From positions 64,001 through 128,000 of the forward strand of contig CAMAPH010000004.1 of assembly GCA_945859975.1 (NCBI GenBank): a stretch of DNA of 64,000 bases, read 5' to 3'. Source of the stretch: Chthonomonas calidirosea. GTDB taxonomy: Bacteria > Armatimonadota > Fimbriimonadia > Fimbriimonadales > Fimbriimonadaceae. The translations under genes were made by a program, and so were the position numbers. Under the pieces are notes generated by a model, which saw nothing but the letters and a program-made list of their open reading frames with translations, made no database searches and was not told where the DNA came from. Below are positions 47,281 to 55,921 of the stretch, one piece after another (position 1 is the first letter of the stretch; every line of letters starts with the position of its first letter).

Positions 47281-49611
47281 TCAGTCAGTAAGGTCCTTTG
47301 CGGCGGCGCGAATCCCGGCAAAGGGACTAGCTTTGAGCATTTTGACCGTGTCTGCAGGCAACGTGACTTTGCCAGCTTTACTGGCGCTGATTAACTGGAA
47401 TTGGACGGCTGGATAGGCGTCGGTAAAGAGATTCTGAATTTCGTCTGCCGAAACCGGCCCAAGCTGCGCAAGTCCACGCAGGCCGTTTGCACGGACGCGC
47501 GAATCTGAATCCACGACTGCCAAACGAAGCGCATCCCGGTGAGCCTCGGTCGGGGTGTTCGCAAGCGCAACCGAAATTGATAGCCGAACTCCGATGCTGT
47601 CGTCTTTGATTCCCCGGTAGCCGTCTTTTCGAAACTCCGGCACGTTCGACTGAATCAGTTTGAGACAGCTCTTCAATCGGACGGCATCCCACGGTTCATT
47701 CACCGCAGACCAGAGCAGCTTCCTCATCTGATACTCGTCATTCGGATCCGAAGCGTCGGTTACGATCGACTTCAGCATCGGATCGACCTGGGTGATGTAC
47801 GCCATTCGAATGATGCCTGCTTCTCGACCCTTCAGCTTCGCAAGAGCCTTCAAACCCCCACGTCGCACAGCCGCTCTTCGATCTCCCAACAGAACGGAAA
47901 TATAGCCAGCTTCTTTTGGATCCACGCCCTGAGCAACCACGAGCGCAGCCTCGACTCTGGCCGCGTCGGTGATTCCAAACTGCATGATGCGGCGCATTTC
48001 GGTCGGCGTTGTGGCGTCCGGTTCGGAAGCAAGACGTCGGACCGCAAGTTGAGCCACCCGACCCTCGATGCTCGATGCCGCCGAGGTCAAAGCAACGCGC
48101 AGAGTCGGACTGAGCGGCCGAGGCAGCGCCTGAATCGCGTTCATCGCCACTTCCTCTTCCGTATCCTTTAGCGCGGCAATGAAAATATCATCCGGTGTCT
48201 CCGCGCCAAATTTCGTTGCGGCAGAAATTCTCTGATCAAGTTCGGAGAGAGCTGGCTCGGGCAGGTTGGAAGTGGGAGTCGCCACGAGCTTGAAATCGGT
48301 CAATCGAACCTCGATCGGACGATTCTGAATCTTCCCTCTCAAGAACGCTCCCGGAGCCGGCCGAACAGCGATGCTGCTGATCAGGTCTAGCCCGAGGTCC
48401 TTGAGTGAAACTTGGACGGTTTGCCAGGTTCCATTTCGTTCGAACGGGACGGCTTGACCAAGCTTATCGGTCGCTAGCCGGTCGCTTCCCAAAGTGACCG
48501 CCGTCGTACCATTGAACCAAAGCGCCACCGGCTCGGGGGTGTCTTGCTTCATCGAGAAGGTCAATGTCGGGGTTTGCTTCGGATCAATTCCACCGCCCGG
48601 CACGACGAGGGATGCTCCGCCGGTGCGTCCGACGCTCCGCTCGGTAATCGAAAGTACTTGCCCCTTTTCGGGATCTGTGACCAAACTTACCGCGGTATCG
48701 GCCGACCGAACGCCAAGCTCAACTCCGGCAGAACTCGGTACATCAAACGCGGCCGGAACGCCAGAAAACACCGCTAACTGCTGCTCGATCGTGGGCTCAT
48801 CAAACGAAAGAACCTTGGCCCATTCGGCTCCGGCTGGCCACTTGTTTGCGCCTTTTTGCACGCTCCAGAACAGCAACGTCTCACGGACTGCCTGGTCCAA
48901 CTTGATCCCGAAAGAATGGGGACCGTAGTAGCCCAACGCAAAAGAAGGCGAATTCCAGATTCCGCCGAGCGGCGCAAACTGGCGCTCAAGGTTTGGCGCA
49001 AGAGCAGAGATCACAAAACCAACATGATAAGGACCACGGTATTGCTTGTCTTCCGCATCGAAACTGCCACCGTTAGTCGCAACCTCAAGCTCGTTCCGCC
49101 AAGCCTCGGTTGGCAAACTTGCCATGCCAGGTTGGAGGTCAACTCGCTCAATCTCTCCGCGGATTTCAACGTCGGGCTGAAAGTCGACATTCCCGTCCGT
49201 GGAAGCGGCAACCTGATTTTTCAGCCGTACAATTGCGGCCAGCGCTTCATTGACCTGGGCGTCTTCCATGTCCGCCCGACGCAGGCGCAAGGTTCCATCC
49301 GCGCTCGGCTGGAGCCCATCGACCCTCGGATAGATGATGAATTTGGCTCGAAGGACCGTCGCTCCGGCCTTAGGCAGCTTTCCGACCAACTGATCCGGTC
49401 GGTCAAGGATGAAGATTCGTTGCGGTTCCCCTTTCAGGTCGCCCCAGCCGCTCCAGGCATCAATGGCCCCGTCATAGTCGAGGTTTGTGGTGGACGCATA
49501 CGACACTTCGACGGTGCGTCCACCGATCTTTACGCTCACCGGAGCGGCTTGTTGAGGGTCCAGCACCCCCGGCATCAGGACCGAGGTCGCGAGGATTCCT
49601 ATCAGATTCAT
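47281..49611 (-). CDS. Large exported protein with C-terminal HEAT-like repeats
   Basis: Hydrophobic N-terminus; repeated D...VR..A..AL helical units in the C-terminal third. Confidence 0.7.
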   Translation of the reverse strand: MNLIGILATSVLMPGVLDPQQAAPVSVKIGGRTVEVSYASTTNLDYDGAIDAWSGWGDLKGEPQRIFILDRPDQLVGKLPKAGATVLRAKFIIYPRVDGLQPSADGTLRLRRADMEDAQVNEALAAIVRLKNQVAASTDGNVDFQPDVEIRGEIERVDLQPGMASLPTEAWRNELEVATNGGSFDAEDKQYRGPYHVGFVISALAPNLERQFAPLGGIWNSPSFALGYYGPHSFGIKLDQAVRETLLFWSVQKGANKWPAGAEWAKVLSFDEPTIEQQLAVFSGVPAAFDVPSSAGVELGVRSADTAVSLVTDPEKGQVLSITERSVGRTGGASLVVPGGGIDPKQTPTLTFSMKQDTPEPVALWFNGTTAVTLGSDRLATDKLGQAVPFERNGTWQTVQVSLKDLGLDLISSIAVRPAPGAFLRGKIQNRPIEVRLTDFKLVATPTSNLPEPALSELDQRISAATKFGAETPDDIFIAALKDTEEEVAMNAIQALPRPLSPTLRVALTSAASSIEGRVAQLAVRRLASEPDATTPTEMRRIMQFGITDAARVEAALVVAQGVDPKEAGYISVLLGDRRAAVRRGGLKALAKLKGREAGIIRMAYITQVDPMLKSIVTDASDPNDEYQMRKLLWSAVNEPWDAVRLKSCLKLIQSNVPEFRKDGYRGIKDDSIGVRLSISVALANTPTEAHRDALRLAVVDSDSRVRANGLRGLAQLGPVSADEIQNLFTDAYPAVQFQLISASKAGKVTLPADTVKMLKASPFAGIRAAAKDLTD

Positions 49612-49612
49612 T

Positions 49613-50464
49613 TCATTCCCAGCTTTGGAAGATTCTCAAGTCGTCTGGACTTGTTGCGTGACCGTCGCCTCTCGTCCACTGCAGGCCTTCCTGCGTTCTG
49701 ACGAGCGACAAGTCGGTCGGTATCTTCCCGATCAAATCTAACACCACGCGCTTGATTTTCTCCGAGTTTGACTGGAACACTTCAAGCACGCTGTGTGCGG
49801 TCACCGCATCGGCATCAGCATGAACGCCGCTGTCGTAGTCGGTAATCAACGCAATGTTTACTACGCCCATTCCCAGTTCGTGGCATAGGTACGCCTCCGG
49901 ATATTGGGTCATGTTGATGACTTCCCAACCCTGATCGTGGAACCACTTGCTTTCGGACTTCGTGCTAAAGCGCGGTCCTTGAATTACGACGACCGTTCCC
50001 TTTTCATGGCAAACGATCCCGTTTTCCCGAATCGCTTCCGCCGCCAGCTTCCGCAGCAGCGGGTGGTACATGTCGGCTGGAGACACGTGGGTGACGATCG
50101 GACCGTCGTAGAACGTGTCGCTTCGACCGTTCGTTCGGTCGACAAACTGATCGCACAACACGAAGTGACCCGGCTCCACGTGGCGCTGGAGCGAACCCGC
50201 AGCACAAGGGCTAATGATCGCCGCGCAGCCAATCGAGCGCATGGCCCAAACGTTGGCGCGGTAGTTGATCTTGTGCGGAGGAAGCGTGTGGTTTCGACCG
50301 TGGCGCGGAAGGAAGGCAACTTTACGACCGTTGACCGTGGCAAGGAAAACGGAGTCGCTCGGCGCGCCATAGGGCGTGTCGATCTTGACTTCGCGAACGT
50401 CCTCAAGCAGCTTGTAGAAACCTGAACCGCCAAAGACGCCGATCTCGGCTAATTCGCGCGCCAT
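49613..50464 (-). CDS. mtnP: S-methyl-5'-thioadenosine phosphorylase
   Basis: GGSGFY, PRHG..H..PPH.INYRAN, GPRFST, INMT..PE, TDYD. Confidence 0.92.
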   Translation of the reverse strand: MARELAEIGVFGGSGFYKLLEDVREVKIDTPYGAPSDSVFLATVNGRKVAFLPRHGRNHTLPPHKINYRANVWAMRSIGCAAIISPCAAGSLQRHVEPGHFVLCDQFVDRTNGRSDTFYDGPIVTHVSPADMYHPLLRKLAAEAIRENGIVCHEKGTVVVIQGPRFSTKSESKWFHDQGWEVINMTQYPEAYLCHELGMGVVNIALITDYDSGVHADADAVTAHSVLEVFQSNSEKIKRVVLDLIGKIPTDLSLVRTQEGLQWTRGDGHATSPDDLRIFQSWE

Positions 50465-51366
50465 TACTTGCTCACCACGCGCTTGTGCAGCTCGTCGATC
50501 AGCTTGTCCACGCGGTAACCGCGTCGCGTGAGAACGTCTTCGTCGATCGGCACGATTCGCTTTTTCTGTACGGCCGATACGTTGGCGAACCGCTTGTCGT
50601 TGAGAATGATATTGACCCTCTTAAGGGCATTGGCGCGGCTCTCGTCGTCCTTGTTCTCAACCCGCGGGAACGCCACAACGATCATGTCCGGGTTATTAGA
50701 AATGAAAGCTTCGGGGCTCAACGCGACAAACTTGTCGGAGGCTGGGCCAACCGGTTCTCCACCGGCGCTCTTCACGATGTCGGCAAGAAATCCTTGGGTC
50801 CCAGCGATGTAGTGCTCTGCGCCATCGCCGGCAAGAACCACCGCAACTTTCGGCTTCGGCTCGATCGCATCACCGAGAGCAGAATTCCGTGCAGCAAGGA
50901 CCTTGTCCGCGTAAGTGTTGGCACTGGTTTCCGACTCGGTTTCTGCACCGAGAAGGTAAAGCTGCTCTACAAAGGCTTCGACCGTCTTAGCGTCAATGAC
51001 GAAAGTCTTGAAGCCCATTCCCTTGATCTTCTCGACGTCCTGTTCGTTGTACAAGTCAGCGTCGTAGACGACCAAATCTGGCTTGATCTGCGCGATCTTT
51101 TCGTAGTCCGGCTTTACCGAGGCAACGATCGGAATGCTTTTAGCGATAACGGGGAAATCGTCGGCCGCAGTTCGACCTTTGAGAACGCCGGAGTAGTTAA
51201 ACGAGCCAACGAGCTCTGTTGTGCTCGGGCTGAGGCTAACCACCGCCTTAAGCGGAGTCGCTCGCATCTTGCCACCTTGGGTGACCGGTGGAGCATCACA
51301 CCCAAATACGAGAAGTAACGATAGGGCCGCGAGGGCCGCGGACAAACGACCGCGCATAGTCCTCAT
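50464..51366 (-). CDS. ABC substrate-binding lipoprotein, helical backbone (BtuF / Fe-siderophore type)
   Basis: Lipobox VFGC; VVSLSPSTTELV, PDYEKIAQIKPDLV, NPDMIV. Confidence 0.85.
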   Translation of the reverse strand: MRTMRGRLSAALAALSLLLVFGCDAPPVTQGGKMRATPLKAVVSLSPSTTELVGSFNYSGVLKGRTAADDFPVIAKSIPIVASVKPDYEKIAQIKPDLVVYDADLYNEQDVEKIKGMGFKTFVIDAKTVEAFVEQLYLLGAETESETSANTYADKVLAARNSALGDAIEPKPKVAVVLAGDGAEHYIAGTQGFLADIVKSAGGEPVGPASDKFVALSPEAFISNNPDMIVVAFPRVENKDDESRANALKRVNIILNDKRFANVSAVQKKRIVPIDEDVLTRRGYRVDKLIDELHKRVVSK

Positions 51367-51423
51367 TGTGGCGCAACCGTCTGGGCCCACGCACGACGTG
51401 AGCCCACAGAATTCAGGTTTTGA

Positions 51424-52272
51424 TCAATACGTGACGTTAAGGCCCCAGAAGATTCGGCTCTTTCGAATAATTCCGAGACTCATCACGACATCACCGCGGC
51501 GCGGATCGTCTTCCGTCGAAAGCAGATACTTCGGATCCGACTTCTTGAGCGGTCCGAGGCTGTAGGCAACTGCATAGTTGGTGTTGAACGTGTCGTTCTC
51601 GACCACCAGCTTCACACGCGGCCCAATGCTCAGGCTAGCGTTGCCGAAGAGTCCCGCAAACCGACGATCACCCTTTCCAAGGCTGACATGAATGCCTTGC
51701 TTGATCTCGTAAGTAGCGACCACGTAGTACGACCGGCTGCTATCGTTGTCGCTCGGCTGACCCTGTCCGGCAGAACCACCGGTTGAGAAAGCGTCTTGAA
51801 CTCCAACGCTCACGCCGAGGCCCTTAACTCCCAGGCCTTGAGGTCCGAACGAAGGTGCGTACTGCAGGTTCAGCACGCTGTCACCAACGCCGCTGTGGAG
51901 CATTCCGCTGATCGTAACCGCACCGTACGGTGACGGAATTCCGATCATCGCCTGACCCGTACCATTTGCGTCGGAGGCATCTCGGGAGCCGTTCGGGAAT
52001 CGAAGGGTTCGGTCGCGGCTCATATTCGCAAAACCAAACGCGAAGTGATAGTCGGAAAGCGAGTAGCCGACGGGCGTCGAAATCCCCATCGCTCCCCACA
52101 TACTGGGTTTCCCGAGCGAGTTGACGCCAAAGAGTCCACCCGGCAAGCCCGACATGTTTCGGAACTGAGGGTACTGTCGCGCTCCAGAGAGTGGCTGCGC
52201 GAGAGCAGAACCTCCTACAACAAGAAAACCAAGGACGACGGCCGTCCGGACCAAAGGATTCGCTCGACGCAT
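51424..52272 (-). CDS. Exported hypothetical protein, possible outer-membrane beta-barrel
   Basis: Signal peptide, alternating strand pattern, C-terminal WGLNVTY. Confidence 0.55.
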   Translation of the reverse strand: MRRANPLVRTAVVLGFLVVGGSALAQPLSGARQYPQFRNMSGLPGGLFGVNSLGKPSMWGAMGISTPVGYSLSDYHFAFGFANMSRDRTLRFPNGSRDASDANGTGQAMIGIPSPYGAVTISGMLHSGVGDSVLNLQYAPSFGPQGLGVKGLGVSVGVQDAFSTGGSAGQGQPSDNDSSRSYYVVATYEIKQGIHVSLGKGDRRFAGLFGNASLSIGPRVKLVVENDTFNTNYAVAYSLGPLKKSDPKYLLSTEDDPRRGDVVMSLGIIRKSRIFWGLNVTY

Positions 52273-52340
52273 GGGTCCCAGTATAGAACGATGCCGACGA
52301 CGCGGTGTGCTTTATCGGTCTGGTACATTTAAGAACACGC

Positions 52341-52416
52341 AGGGGTGTAGCTCAGTTGGTAGAGTCCTGGTCTCCAAAACCAGTTGTCGCGGGTTCGAGT
52401 CCTGTCGCCCCTGCCA
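52341..52416 (+). tRNA. tRNA-Trp (CCA)
   Basis: AGGGGTG/CGCCCCT acceptor stem, CT-CCA-AA anticodon loop, GGTTCGAG, encoded CCA. Confidence 0.96.
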
Positions 52417-52456
52417 AATCTTTCAAGCGCTAATTACGTGAGTCAAACTTTCCGAC

Positions 52457-53203
52457 TCACTTGATCAAGCTGCACAGGCGAATTGCCGCAACCTTAAGAT
52501 TCTCGGTCGGCCGTTCTCCCATGAGGAAAACCGTGTAGTTCGGTTTGTACCAGCCGATGCAGTTCGCCTTACCGACGTGCCCAACCATGTACTTGCCGTC
52601 TTCGCCAGACGGGGTCATTCCGGTCAATGGCACTTGTCCTTCAACCGCGATCAAGACAATCTGGCCCTCGCCGTCTTTAATCCAGTGTCGTTCGACCATC
52701 TTGCCGCCCGACAACCCTTTCTCCATGGCCAGTAGCTCGAGCCGGTCTGGTCGAGTTGCTTCACCCGCGAAGTCAAAGACCCCTTCAACCCATCGTTGAA
52801 CTTCGGCCGGGGTTGAGGTTTGCTGGCGATTGGGAACGAATCCCGCCATCATTTCCGTGATGGCCGTGCCGTTCGGGTTTGAATTGCCATTCAGTCGCTG
52901 CCAGCCGCCGCCGACCACGATCATCAGAATGAGCGACGCACAAAGCGCCCAGGCATAGCGAGAAACAAAACTTTCGGTTCGGCGAGCACTTTCGATCTCA
53001 ACGATGCGCCCTTTGCACTTCTTCCAGGCATCTTCGCATTCCATGCCGTAATTGAGGTTCACCATGGCCGACTTCTGGGCCTGAACCAGGGCAACTTGTT
53101 TACGAAGTTCGGCATCCTGACTCATCAGGGCTTCAAATGCCGTCTTCTCTTCCGGGCTAAGTTCCCGGTCTACGTAGGCGTGTAGCGTTTCCACGTCTCT
53201 CAT
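52457..53203 (-). CDS. Transmembrane anti-sigma factor
   Basis: LHAYVDRELS, one TM helix, overlaps the ECF sigma stop. Confidence 0.8.
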   Translation of the reverse strand: MRDVETLHAYVDRELSPEEKTAFEALMSQDAELRKQVALVQAQKSAMVNLNYGMECEDAWKKCKGRIVEIESARRTESFVSRYAWALCASLILMIVVGGGWQRLNGNSNPNGTAITEMMAGFVPNRQQTSTPAEVQRWVEGVFDFAGEATRPDRLELLAMEKGLSGGKMVERHWIKDGEGQIVLIAVEGQVPLTGMTPSGEDGKYMVGHVGKANCIGWYKPNYTVFLMGERPTENLKVAAIRLCSLIK

Positions 53204-53766
53204 TCGATCTCCATTCCTTCTTTAACGATGCCTTCACGAATGGCATATTCTGCCAGGGCGGTTCGGAGCAGAGCGCGACCTCGTGCCAGTCGAGATCGGA
53301 CGGTGCCGATAGGCACATCCGTCGCGTCGGCAATCTCTTGATAGCTCAGCCCTTCAATGTCGCTCAAAATTACAGTAATCCTAAAATCTGCTGGGACCTT
53401 TGAAAGCGCTTCTTCGACTTCCGCCCCAAGTGCTTCGTCAAAAAGCGCCCGATCTGGAAGGACCGTTTCCGCTGCCGTAGGTTCAACTGCTCCATCTTCA
53501 TCAAGCGAACCCATATGAGGGCCCCGCTGTTGCCGACGGTATTTGTTGATGTACAGATTCGTTACTATTCGCAACAGCCAAGCCTTGAAGTTCGTTCCAT
53601 CAAATCGATCGAACGCCTCGTAGGCTCGCACAATGGCTTCCTGGCAAAGGTCTTCCGCTTCCTCACGAGATCTGGTGAGGCGAAGTGCGGTACCGAAGAC
53701 AGACGGAAAGACACTTTCAGCGTAGCGTTCGAATGCGTCCCGTTTATCCCGTCTGCCGAAGAGCAT
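53200..53766 (-). CDS. ECF sigma-70 family sigma factor
   Basis: AEDLCQE, FKAWLLRI, LSYQEIA, GTVRSRLARGR. Confidence 0.93.
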   Translation of the reverse strand: MLFGRRDKRDAFERYAESVFPSVFGTALRLTRSREEAEDLCQEAIVRAYEAFDRFDGTNFKAWLLRIVTNLYINKYRRQQRGPHMGSLDEDGAVEPTAAETVLPDRALFDEALGAEVEEALSKVPADFRITVILSDIEGLSYQEIADATDVPIGTVRSRLARGRALLRTALAEYAIREGIVKEGMEIE

Positions 53767-53808
53767 TAATCGGCGGGAGAATACCCCTGCCCTACAGGCC
53801 ACTTGGGA

Positions 53809-54516
53809 CTACAGGAGCCGATACAAAAATGCCGCACTTGCGGCCCGAGGCATTTCCGGTAGCGGTTTGCCGCGGGGTTGCTCGGCCAGCCGCCCGACTT
53901 CGATTTGGAACTGCTGGTCTTCCGCTAAGAATTTTTCGACGTAGGCACGGGCCGCTTTCCGGCCGCACTCGGCAAGCAACAGCTCAATGGCCGTTCCGTG
54001 ACCAATCAGCGGCAATCCTGCGCCCATCAAGTTCGCTTCTAGTTGTTCAGGATCCTCAAACTTGGCAAACCAGGGGATTGCCGTAGCTTGAATGTGGGAG
54101 AGGAGTTCCGCATACTCGTACGTCCGCCCCTTGCACCACCACACAAAATATGAAGGCGGAAGTTCGAGTGCACCGATATCCGATGAAGCAACCAGGATAG
54201 GCGCGGCACTGGCCGGCGTCCAATACTTCTCTCGTACGGCGCGAATGTTACGGTGGCAAAGATGGATGCGTAGGCGCACGGGAATTGCCGCAGCCTCAGT
54301 CTCGTTCACGTCAAGCAGAATTTCGCAAATCCAGTCGTCTCGTCGCCGTTCGAACTGCGGAAGACCGCCGTTGTGAAAGAGCCTAAAGCCCGATTGCCAG
54401 AGCCCACCGGCAATGAAATGGCTTGCGCCCTGACGAATCTTGGGAATGGGCGCCAAAGGCGAGCCGGGCTCGAACTCGCGTTGCCACTCGTCTGCGTGCC
54501 GGTAGGTTTTCCGCAT
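53809..54516 (-). CDS. Hypothetical protein
   Basis: 235-aa ORF packed between the cyclase and the ECF sigma on the same strand. Confidence 0.65.
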   Translation of the reverse strand: MRKTYRHADEWQREFEPGSPLAPIPKIRQGASHFIAGGLWQSGFRLFHNGGLPQFERRRDDWICEILLDVNETEAAAIPVRLRIHLCHRNIRAVREKYWTPASAAPILVASSDIGALELPPSYFVWWCKGRTYEYAELLSHIQATAIPWFAKFEDPEQLEANLMGAGLPLIGHGTAIELLLAECGRKAARAYVEKFLAEDQQFQIEVGRLAEQPRGKPLPEMPRAASAAFLYRLL

Positions 54517-54522
54517 GGAAAA

Positions 54523-55788
54523 TCAAACCGCCGGCAGCGGCGGAGTTTGCTCAGCCGAACCCGTCGTAACCATTGCCTTCGGCCGCCAGATTGCCGCCCG
54601 GGTGTCTGCCGCCTCGATCATCTCTTCCCCAACTGCGGTTGCTCCACCCGGCAGGTACATTACGCTGGCTTCGGTTACCGCCACGCCGCCCGGAGGGCAG
54701 TACTTCTGAATCGTGGCCGCGACATCGATCACGTGCGAGAAGTTGAGCGACTTGATGTCTCCGCCCTGCGGCGTAACCACCGTTCCGGTATGAACGCCGC
54801 ACCGCAAAGTGATCGGCGACCCCAATCGGTTTCGGAACGTGTTGAGCTCAAACAATCCGGACTGAATCGTCTTAGCCGCGGCAAAGGCCTGATGCGGATG
54901 ATCAAACGCACAAGTGACGCCATCACCCGCCGTGCTGTGAACACGACCGCCGTAGCGCACCGTGATGCGCTCCACGTACCCGTGGTACTCGGTGAAGGTG
55001 TATTCCACCGCTAGAAGGTCCGCTTTCAGCTTCATCTTCGTCGAACCCACGATATCGACGCTGAGGAACGTAACGCTCTGCTCACCGCTCCGAAGTCGGT
55101 CCTGCAGCTCAACGAGCTGAGAAAGCAGTTCTTGACGCTCCTTGATCGGGTCCCGCAATCCCAGACTGTCACGGTTGTTCTCAACCGCCTTCTTGAGCAG
55201 GGCGCCGGCAATGCCGCCGCCAACCATGATTGGCAAAATCGCCGGAGCGTAAATCTTCATCGCCGACTGCATCAGCAACGAAAACACCGCGTACATTCCG
55301 AAGAACGCACCACCAAGAATGGCTCCGTTCACACCGGCCCACTTAACATCTTTCGAAAGTGCGACCTGATACAAGCCGAGCGAAAGCGCGATCAGTCCGA
55401 CCATGCTGAGCACGCCGTACTGGCTGACCGAACTCCCGAGTCGGTACTCCAAGGCAAACAGGAAGGCGCACACCGTCGCCATGGTGCCAACGCCGACCAT
55501 GCGGCGTGTTTCTGGGTCCAGCGTGAGGAACTGTGCACGCAGGTTGGTGAGCCGACTCCGGTTCTCCTTTTCTGCACGGACCTTGACCGCAAGTCGAACG
55601 TACTCGGTTGGCGCACCGGTGGCCTCGGCGACCGCCTGAATGGCGTCGTCGTCAAGCACTCCTCCGTTCGACATCCGCAAGCGCTCTGCGAGCGCCAGCA
55701 TCTGGTCAACCGTGTCTTCGGTGAGGTCAAATTGCCCCCCCGAACCATCCGCTAGCCTCGTTTGCAGCGGGTTTAAATCTGAACTCAT
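54523..55788 (-). CDS. Membrane-bound class III adenylate/guanylate cyclase-domain protein
   Basis: About 4 TM helices, coiled coil, SVDIVGST, AGDG, RCGVHTG. Confidence 0.85.
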   Translation of the reverse strand: MSSDLNPLQTRLADGSGGQFDLTEDTVDQMLALAERLRMSNGGVLDDDAIQAVAEATGAPTEYVRLAVKVRAEKENRSRLTNLRAQFLTLDPETRRMVGVGTMATVCAFLFALEYRLGSSVSQYGVLSMVGLIALSLGLYQVALSKDVKWAGVNGAILGGAFFGMYAVFSLLMQSAMKIYAPAILPIMVGGGIAGALLKKAVENNRDSLGLRDPIKERQELLSQLVELQDRLRSGEQSVTFLSVDIVGSTKMKLKADLLAVEYTFTEYHGYVERITVRYGGRVHSTAGDGVTCAFDHPHQAFAAAKTIQSGLFELNTFRNRLGSPITLRCGVHTGTVVTPQGGDIKSLNFSHVIDVAATIQKYCPPGGVAVTEASVMYLPGGATAVGEEMIEAADTRAAIWRPKAMVTTGSAEQTPPLPAV

Positions 55789-55921
55789 CCTTCTCTCCCA
55801 GAAACTGTACTATTCCTTTGGTCAAAAAGGATTCATTCGAACCGCAAAATTCTCAGAATTGGTTCTAATGGCGCTGATGCCTCTGTATACGACCGTACGT
55901 CATATTAGGTGCTGGAAACTT

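Noticed and set aside
11296..55347. Isolated CTTAAC hexamers inside prfC, the lipid kinase, the barrel-like gene and the cyclase
   Set aside because: Single intragenic copies with no partner at 11-bp spacing.
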